Source: an uncultured bacterium
Lineage (GTDB): Bacteria > Zixibacteria > MSB-5A5 > GN15 > FEB-12
NCBI GenBank assembly: GCA_965372795.1
Contig: CBDVDR010000008.1
Span: 73,622-137,621, forward strand
DNA: 64,000 bases
Reading direction: 5' to 3'
Positions 57,822-64,000 of this stretch are shown here, in pieces. Both the position numbers and the translations under genes were made by a program. The notes under the pieces are model-generated. The model was given only the letters and a program-made list of their open reading frames with translations. It was not told the origin of the DNA and did no database searches. Numbering within the stretch: the stretch's first letter is position 1; every line of letters begins with the position of its first letter.

Positions 57822-58666
57822 GTAAAGTCGTCTTAGGAAAAGGTCTCGAAGCTCTTATACCGAATGAAGCAAAAGCATCTGAATCAAATCAATGGATGCG
57901 TAAAATTTCACTGGATCAACTGGCGCCTAACCCGATGCAGCCACGTCACGATTTTGACGAAAACAATTTGATGGAACTGGCTCAGTCAATAAAAGCCAAT
58001 GGTGTTATTCAACCGATCATTGCCAAAGGCAGCGGGAGCGGCTATATAATTATTGCGGGTGAACGTCGTTATCGGGCTGCGAAACTTGCCGGACTAACTG
58101 AAGTGCCGGTTGTTTTAATGTCTGACGTTGATGAGACCGGGATGCTTGAGATTGCTTTAATTGAAAATGTTCAGCGTGAAGATCTCAATCCCTTGGAGGC
58201 AGCAGAGGGTTTTCGATTGTTGATTGAAAAATGCGGACTAACGCAGCATCAGCTATCTGAAAGAGTCGGCAAATCCAGAACGGCAGTTACAAATCTGTTA
58301 AGGTTGTTGTCACTTCCGGAAAGTATTAAGACTATGATTCACGATGGGCGTTTGACCGAGGGTCATGCCCGGGCGATTCTCGCTGTTGATTCAGAAGATG
58401 AGATGTTAAAGCTTGCCCATCAGATTGTAACCGATTCATTATCAGTTAGAGTGGTTGAAAAGGAAGTTCGCCGTAAACGGGGACGGAAGCTGATACCCAA
58501 ACGGAAAAGTCCTGATATTGAAGAAGCGGAAAATGAGTTGAAACAAATTTTGGGTACTTCGGTAAAAATCAATCATGGTTTAAAACGAGGTAAAATAGAA
58601 GTTGAATATTATGGTATCGACGATTTAAGTCGATTGATTGATTTGATGAAAGAGATACGTAAATAG
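57818..58666 (+). CDS. parB: Chromosome partitioning protein ParB/Spo0J
   Basis: LGKGL.AL, NP.QPR, IAGERRYRA, LIENVQREDLNP, GKSR..V.N.LRLL, GHARA. Confidence 0.96.
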   Translation: MSKVVLGKGLEALIPNEAKASESNQWMRKISLDQLAPNPMQPRHDFDENNLMELAQSIKANGVIQPIIAKGSGSGYIIIAGERRYRAAKLAGLTEVPVVLMSDVDETGMLEIALIENVQREDLNPLEAAEGFRLLIEKCGLTQHQLSERVGKSRTAVTNLLRLLSLPESIKTMIHDGRLTEGHARAILAVDSEDEMLKLAHQIVTDSLSVRVVEKEVRRKRGRKLIPKRKSPDIEEAENELKQILGTSVKINHGLKRGKIEVEYYGIDDLSRLIDLMKEIRK

Positions 58667-58669
58667 GAG

Positions 58670-59434
58670 ATGAAGTCTCCACGCTATTTAACAATTATGC
58701 TTGTTCCCGATGGAACCGAATCGGGGCGAGAGTATCGAATAAAAACTTGGCTGTTCAAGTTTTTAATATGGTCTTTTACCATATTGATTGTTGGGATCAT
58801 TCTTTTCTTTTTATTTTATGGAGAGATTCTAACCAAAGCAGCAATGTCAGAAAAATTAAAAAAGGAGAATGAGCAGCTTCTACGGTATCAATATAAAGTA
58901 AAGTTGCTTGAGGATAATCTTGTTCAAACAAGGGAGGTAGTAAGTAGGCTGATAGAATTGGCAGGTATTGATTATGAGTTTCCGGATTTCCCGAGTGATT
59001 CGGCAATTTTTGCTGAACTGGACAAAAAAGGGATCGCGGTTCTTACAAGGGATAAAATAGGAGATTTTTCAATACCATCCGGCCAACCGTTACAAGGATT
59101 TATCAGCCAGGATTTTGAAATTGAAGATCAGGATCGGTTTCATCCGGGGGTTGACTTTGCCTGTGCCGAAGGCACGATAGTATTGGCAACCGGCAACGGA
59201 GAAGTAATGACCGCTGAGTTTGATGAAACTTATGGATTCATGATCGTATTAAAACATAACGACAGTATTAAAACTGTTTATGGCCATAATTCTGAATTAT
59301 TGGTCGAAGTAGGACAAAAAGTATTGGTGGGCAGTCGAATAGCACTATCTGGCAACACCGGGAATTCATCGGCTCCTCATCTGCATTATGAAATTTTAGT
59401 AAACGATAAACCAATTAATCCGATGGATTTTTAA
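58670..59434 (+). CDS. M23 family peptidoglycan metallopeptidase with N-terminal TM and coiled coil
   Basis: HPGVD, YGH, GNTG.SSAPHLHYE, INP. Confidence 0.9.
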   Translation: MKSPRYLTIMLVPDGTESGREYRIKTWLFKFLIWSFTILIVGIILFFLFYGEILTKAAMSEKLKKENEQLLRYQYKVKLLEDNLVQTREVVSRLIELAGIDYEFPDFPSDSAIFAELDKKGIAVLTRDKIGDFSIPSGQPLQGFISQDFEIEDQDRFHPGVDFACAEGTIVLATGNGEVMTAEFDETYGFMIVLKHNDSIKTVYGHNSELLVEVGQKVLVGSRIALSGNTGNSSAPHLHYEILVNDKPINPMDF

Positions 59435-59436
59435 AA

Positions 59437-59874
59437 ATGAGAAAGAATTCAAACTATAACGAATCGGAAGGTCTGATGAATACCATTATAGGAAAAGACA
59501 CCGTCATCGATGGACAGTTGAATATTGAAGGTTCACTGCGAATCGACGGTACTGTCAAAGGTAAAGTAGTCTGTTCAGATTGCGTTACTATTGGCGTAAC
59601 AGGTTTGGTAGAAGCTGAAATCGAAAGTGGTTCTGCAATTATTGCTGGTAGAATGATAGGGAATATCACTGCTTCTGAAAAAATTGAACTTCAGGCAAAA
59701 TGCGAGATGGAAGGCGATTTAAGAACAAAATCGCTGGTGATTGAGCAAGGAGCTATTTTCTGCGGTGGATGTAATATGAAAGATACTCCACAAGCAGATC
59801 TTGGCTTTTTAACACCCAAAGATCGTGAAGCAGCCAAAGTTATTGATGGTGATTCAGATTCTGATTTCAGCTAA
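59437..59874 (+). CDS. Bactofilin (polymer-forming cytoskeletal protein)
   Basis: TIIG..T.I.G.L...G.LRIDG.V.G, G.I.A...IEL, GD.....L.IE.GA.F.G.C.M. Confidence 0.92.
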   Translation: MRKNSNYNESEGLMNTIIGKDTVIDGQLNIEGSLRIDGTVKGKVVCSDCVTIGVTGLVEAEIESGSAIIAGRMIGNITASEKIELQAKCEMEGDLRTKSLVIEQGAIFCGGCNMKDTPQADLGFLTPKDREAAKVIDGDSDSDFS

Positions 59875-59886
59875 GTTATCAATGGT

Positions 59887-59985
59887 TGTGGAAAAATATG
59901 AATTTTTGTGGATAACTCTATAATGTAATGAATAACAACAGTATGGCAGGATTTGTCAGTTGTTGAATTGAGGTGTTTATCCACA
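59887..59985. promoter_or_regulatory. DnaA-box cluster distant from dnaA
   Basis: TGTGGAAAA 59887-59895, TGTGGATAA 59907-59915, TTATCCACA 59977-59985 (two perfect boxes). Confidence 0.75.
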
Positions 59986-60335
59986 ATATATGATTTTTTA
60001 AGCCTTTGTTTTACTATAACTTAGGCTTTTTTTATTAAGTGTTTAATTTCAGAATAACAGCCAACTCCTTTAAACAGAAAGGCTTTCATCTTTTGATAAT
60101 TGAAAACAGTAAATTATCATAGTAATTATAACATAAATCTATTAAATTAAGCCTGATAATAATTGTTATCATGTTATATATCATAGTATTGGGGGTCTGT
60201 ACAATTTAAGAAATTATTGAGAATTTATAAATCTTAAAATGTTGATGTTTTTAAAGATAACAGGTAACTTTGAGTTATTAACAATGTATAATGTTCTAAT
60301 AACAAAATAATGAATCAAATTTTCTGGAGGAATAG

Positions 60336-61322
60336 ATGTCGGATGTAGCCGCACTTGAGGAACTGCAGTCAGCTTTTAATAAAATTAAAGCAGAAATTGG
60401 AAAAGTTATAATTGGACAGGATAAAGTTATAGATCAATTGTTGATTTCTCTTTTATCATCCGGTCATTGTTTACTGGTAGGAGTACCGGGTCTTGCAAAA
60501 ACATTGCTGATTTCGACTCTGGCTCAGGTTCTTGATTTGAAATTTAATCGGATCCAGTTTACACCGGATTTGATGCCCTCGGATATAACCGGGACTGAAA
60601 TTATTGAGGAAGACCATACTACTGGAAAACGGGAATTTCGTTTTGTGAAAGGACCGGTATTTGCAAATATAATTTTAGCCGATGAAATTAACCGAACTCC
60701 TCCTAAAACCCAGGCGGCTTTGCTTCAGGCAATGCAGGAACATGATGTTACCGCAGCCGGTGTAACCTATAAACTTGATGAACCGTTTTTTGTGCTGGCA
60801 ACTCAAAATCCGATTGAGCAAGAAGGCACCTATCCGCTTCCGGAAGCACAACTTGACAGGTTTATGTTTAATGTATTTGTCGATTATCCTTCAGTAGATG
60901 AAGAAAATCGGATAGTTAAATCGACCACAACGATTCAGAATTATAAGTTGGAAAAAGTATGGACACCGACTGAGATTGTAAAATTTCAGGAATTGGTTCG
61001 CCGGGTACCGGTTTCGGACAATCTGGTGAGCTATGCTGTGTCATTAGTACGAGCCACCCGCCCGAATGAGGAGACAGCTCCTGATTTTGTCAAGAACTGG
61101 GTTAATTGGGGCGCTGGTCCGCGTGCATCGCAGTATTTAATTCTGGCTGCAAAAACAAAGGCGATTCTTGATGGACGCCCAACTCCGGGTCCTGAAGATA
61201 TCAGGTTCGCAGCCTATCCGGTTTTACGTCATCGCATTGTGACTTCGTTTAATGCCGAAGCTGACGGGGTCGATACGATGGAAATTATTAAGCGTCTTTT
61301 GGAAACGGTGAAACAGCCGTAA
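60336..61322 (+). CDS. MoxR family AAA+ ATPase
   Basis: [69 protein letters not shown]. Confidence 0.96.
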   Translation: MSDVAALEELQSAFNKIKAEIGKVIIGQDKVIDQLLISLLSSGHCLLVGVPGLAKTLLISTLAQVLDLKFNRIQFTPDLMPSDITGTEIIEEDHTTGKREFRFVKGPVFANIILADEINRTPPKTQAALLQAMQEHDVTAAGVTYKLDEPFFVLATQNPIEQEGTYPLPEAQLDRFMFNVFVDYPSVDEENRIVKSTTTIQNYKLEKVWTPTEIVKFQELVRRVPVSDNLVSYAVSLVRATRPNEETAPDFVKNWVNWGAGPRASQYLILAAKTKAILDGRPTPGPEDIRFAAYPVLRHRIVTSFNAEADGVDTMEIIKRLLETVKQP

Positions 61323-61346
61323 ATATTTTATAATTGTTATTACTTC

Positions 61347-61850
61347 ATGAATAATATCGAACTAAAAGATTTTCCGCCGAGTGCCAAACTGTTTATTGGC
61401 ATCTTTACGACATTAATGCTGTGCATCTGTTTATGGGTTGCATTTATTTATTATGTCGAAGAGGGGATGATCGAAGAAGGCACTTTGCCCCTTTATTTGC
61501 AGGATCAAAATACAGAAGCTATCCAACTTGAGGATGTTGCACAGGAAGATTTCAAAGAACATTTGGAACACAATGTCGGTCTGGCGCATACTCATATTAA
61601 CGGGCAAACCCTTTTGTTTTTTGCCATTGGTTTAGTTTTCGTTTTTACATCAACAATTGTTAAGATGAAAAAAGCTACTTTGTGGCTGTTTGGGATTTCA
61701 ATTGTTGTTCATGCGATTGGTTTGAGCGGGAAAGGTTTTCATTGGTTGTATAATGATATTTTAACGCTTTCGGGAATAGCGATTTTGGTTTGCATCTTAT
61801 ATATGGCGTATCGAATTTATATTGATCTTGGTAAAAAATCGACAAATTAA
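61347..61850 (+). CDS. Hypothetical 4-TM membrane protein with His-rich segment
   Basis: Four hydrophobic helices; EHLEHNVGLAHTHING just before TM2. Confidence 0.7.
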   Translation: MNNIELKDFPPSAKLFIGIFTTLMLCICLWVAFIYYVEEGMIEEGTLPLYLQDQNTEAIQLEDVAQEDFKEHLEHNVGLAHTHINGQTLLFFAIGLVFVFTSTIVKMKKATLWLFGISIVVHAIGLSGKGFHWLYNDILTLSGIAILVCILYMAYRIYIDLGKKSTN

Positions 61851-61864
61851 AGCAGGGAAATATT

Positions 61865-62830
61865 ATGGCAGATAAATTTGGAATTGTAATACATGGCGGG
61901 GCAGGGACGATCCTAAAAATGAGCCTCACCGATGAGTTGGAACAGGAGTACAAAGATAAACTTGCCGAATCTCTTCAAGTTGGATATGATATTCTCAATG
62001 ACGGTGGAAGTTCTCTTGAGGCTACTCAGGCGGCAATAATTGTTATGGAAAATTCGCCGTTGTTTAATGCCGGCAAGGGAGCGGTATTCACTCACGACGG
62101 CACGAACGAACAGGATGCATCAATTATGTGCGGGAAAACTCTCAACTGCGGTGCGGTTGCCGGAGTACGCCATGTGAAAAATCCGATCAAACTTGCACGA
62201 CTGGTGATGGATAAATCGGAGCATGTGCTCCTATGTGGAGATGGCGCTGAAACTTTTGGTAAAATTTACGATATTGAAACTGTTGGTGCTGATTACTTTT
62301 ACACAGACCAACGCTGGCAGCAACTTCAAAAAGTAAAAGAAAAAGAACGACGGACAAAAACAAATGTAACTCAGCTTGACCATTCGGTTGATTCAGATAA
62401 TCAGGATGACAGCAAACATGGAACTGTGGGCGCGGTTGCCCTTGATAAGGATGGCAACCTTGCCGCCTCGACCTCATCGGGGGGAATGACCAATAAAAAA
62501 TTCGGACGCATTGGCGACTCGTCCCAGATAGGTGCGGGAAACTATGCCAACAACGCTACCTGTGCGGTGTCTACCACCGGGCATGGTGAATATTTTATGC
62601 GGTGTGTCAGTGCGTATGATTTGTCAGCTTTGATGGAATACAAGGGATTGTCGCTTGAAGATGCATCTTATGAAGTTATTCAGAACAAATTAAAATTACT
62701 GGGTGGAAGCGGGGGGCTGATTGCGATTGATTATGATTGTAATTTTGTGCTGCCGTTTAACACTCGCGGGATGTATCGCGGTCATTTTATGAGCAATGGT
62801 GAAGTTGTTGTTAAAATTTTTAACGATTAG
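61865..62830 (+). CDS. iaaA: Isoaspartyl peptidase / L-asparaginase (Ntn hydrolase)
   Basis: IHGGAG, FNAG.G, DASIM.G, GTVGAVA.D nucleophile site, GRIGDS, TG.GE. Confidence 0.93.
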   Translation: MADKFGIVIHGGAGTILKMSLTDELEQEYKDKLAESLQVGYDILNDGGSSLEATQAAIIVMENSPLFNAGKGAVFTHDGTNEQDASIMCGKTLNCGAVAGVRHVKNPIKLARLVMDKSEHVLLCGDGAETFGKIYDIETVGADYFYTDQRWQQLQKVKEKERRTKTNVTQLDHSVDSDNQDDSKHGTVGAVALDKDGNLAASTSSGGMTNKKFGRIGDSSQIGAGNYANNATCAVSTTGHGEYFMRCVSAYDLSALMEYKGLSLEDASYEVIQNKLKLLGGSGGLIAIDYDCNFVLPFNTRGMYRGHFMSNGEVVVKIFND

Positions 62831-62862
62831 CAGTTGTTTCTGTAGATTAGAAAAATTACGTA

Positions 62863-63759
62863 ATGGAAGATTATAGAAAATATTTAGATCCCGAGATAGT
62901 ATCAAAACTGAAAGGGATGGAGATGCGTGCCCGGATGGTGGTTGAGGGTTTTATTGCCGGATTGCACAAATCGCCTTTCCATGGTTTTTCGGTTGAGTTT
63001 GCCGAGCATCGCCAGTATATGCCGGGGGATAATATTCGTGATATTGATTGGAAAGTTTACGCCAAGTCGGATCGGTTTTATATCAAACAGTATGAAGAGG
63101 AAACTAATCTAAAGGCGTATCTTCTTTTGGACTGTTCTGCCTCGATGGCGTACAAAAGTGGTGATAGAATCAGTAAACTTGATTATGCCGGTTTGTTATG
63201 CGGAGCGCTTTCGTATATGATGCTACGTCAGCGGGATGCGGTCGGGATGGTAACGTTTGATAGTAAAATTCGCAAGTATCTTCCACCGCGGTCAAAGTCG
63301 GGACATTTGCATCTCTTGTTAAAAGAGATCGCCAACCAGACTCCATCGTCGACGACCGATGTTTCATCGACACTTCATGAAATGGCGGAACGAATCAAGC
63401 GGCGCGGACTCGTGATTATTTTATCAGACCTTTTGGATGATTCGGAAAAAATTCTGTCGGGATTGAAACATTTCCGATATAACCAGCACGAGGTGATTGT
63501 TTTTCATATTCTCGATCCTCGCGAACGTGATTTTGCATTTCCACGCGAGGCGATTTTTAAAGATATGGAAACAGGGGAGGAGCTGACAACGCTGCCTTAC
63601 CAGATCAAAAAAGAATATTCCAAACAGGTGCAGGCATTTTCAGATGAGATGTCGAACGCCTGCCGCCAGAGTAAGATTGATTATTTCCCGATAGATACTT
63701 CGATGGCATTTGATAAGGCTCTTTACGCATTCTTAGCCAAACGGGAGCGATTGTATTAG
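62863..63759 (+). CDS. DUF58 (vWA-like) MoxR partner protein
   Basis: G.H.SP..GFSVEFAEHRQY.PGD.IR.IDWK, K.YEEETN, LD.S.SM, ILSD. Confidence 0.93.
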   Translation: MEDYRKYLDPEIVSKLKGMEMRARMVVEGFIAGLHKSPFHGFSVEFAEHRQYMPGDNIRDIDWKVYAKSDRFYIKQYEEETNLKAYLLLDCSASMAYKSGDRISKLDYAGLLCGALSYMMLRQRDAVGMVTFDSKIRKYLPPRSKSGHLHLLLKEIANQTPSSTTDVSSTLHEMAERIKRRGLVIILSDLLDDSEKILSGLKHFRYNQHEVIVFHILDPRERDFAFPREAIFKDMETGEELTTLPYQIKKEYSKQVQAFSDEMSNACRQSKIDYFPIDTSMAFDKALYAFLAKRERLY

Positions 63760-63777
63760 GGGGGGAGAAATAGTGAC

Positions 63778-64000
63778 ATGAAATTTTATGGTAATACTCC
63801 AGCCAATGTATTCAAAAAAGAATATGTTGATGAACATGAACATCATATTGATGTAATTTGGCAAGAAATTGTTCAATTGAATACAAACTTGTATCTCATA
63901 AAAAAAATAACTTCATTTCCATTTCACTTATTTAACTTGAAAAATAATAATATTTTTTGGGATTCCATTGCAGACAACATGATTCAAGTTTGTATTATGA
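63778..64000 (+). CDS. AT-rich hypothetical protein, 3' truncated by window edge
   Basis: ATG 63778 after GGGGGAG; open to the window end, reading MKFYGNTPANVFKKEYVDEHEHHIDVIWQEIVQLNTNLYLIKK...FWDSIADNMIQVCIM. Confidence 0.6.
   Translation, partial: MKFYGNTPANVFKKEYVDEHEHHIDVIWQEIVQLNTNLYLIKKITSFPFHLFNLKNNNIFWDSIADNMIQVCIM

Noticed and set aside
77..63373. Many 60-150 aa ORFs antisense or out of frame within well-supported genes
   Set aside because: Shadows of real genes without motifs or ribosome-binding sites.
1..64000. CRISPR array, tRNA/rRNA, transposase, integrase or prophage
   Set aside because: No regularly spaced repeats, cloverleaf or rRNA-like segments, or mobile-element proteins were recognised by eye.

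Overview
AT-rich bacterial chromosomal segment that spans the replication origin. It comes from a diderm bacterium. Two secreted proteins with Cys-flanked dockerin-like C-termini suggest Zixibacteria or a related FCB lineage (inference only). It holds about 60 mostly housekeeping genes. These include dnaA-dnaN-recF flanked by DnaA boxes and a DnaA-trio unwinding element, and, about 36 kb away on the same strand, rpmH-rnpA-yidD-yidC-mnmE-mnmG-rsmG-parA-parB-M23-bactofilin with two perfect parS sites and a separate DnaA-box cluster. Also present: ileS-dksA-lspA, uvrA-mutM, birA-nadC, an orphan ilvC-like gene, a TonB receptor plus HmuY-like pair, a Crp/Fnr regulator plus FrdX-like gene, and a MoxR/DUF58 locus. 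No rRNA, tRNA, CRISPR array or transposase was recognised. The strongest lead is mnmE: its conserved N-terminus is reachable from the SD-linked TTG only by a -1 shift in an A10 (Lys-Lys-Lys) run followed by a perfect 11-bp hairpin. This is either a recoding/feedback device or a homopolymer error. Other leads are tandem dockerin-tagged paralogs with an apparent ~340-aa nested insertion, a catalytically dead M1 peptidase, a KARI with altered active-site residues, and several candidate operators. All calls are from motif recognition by eye; no searches were run.
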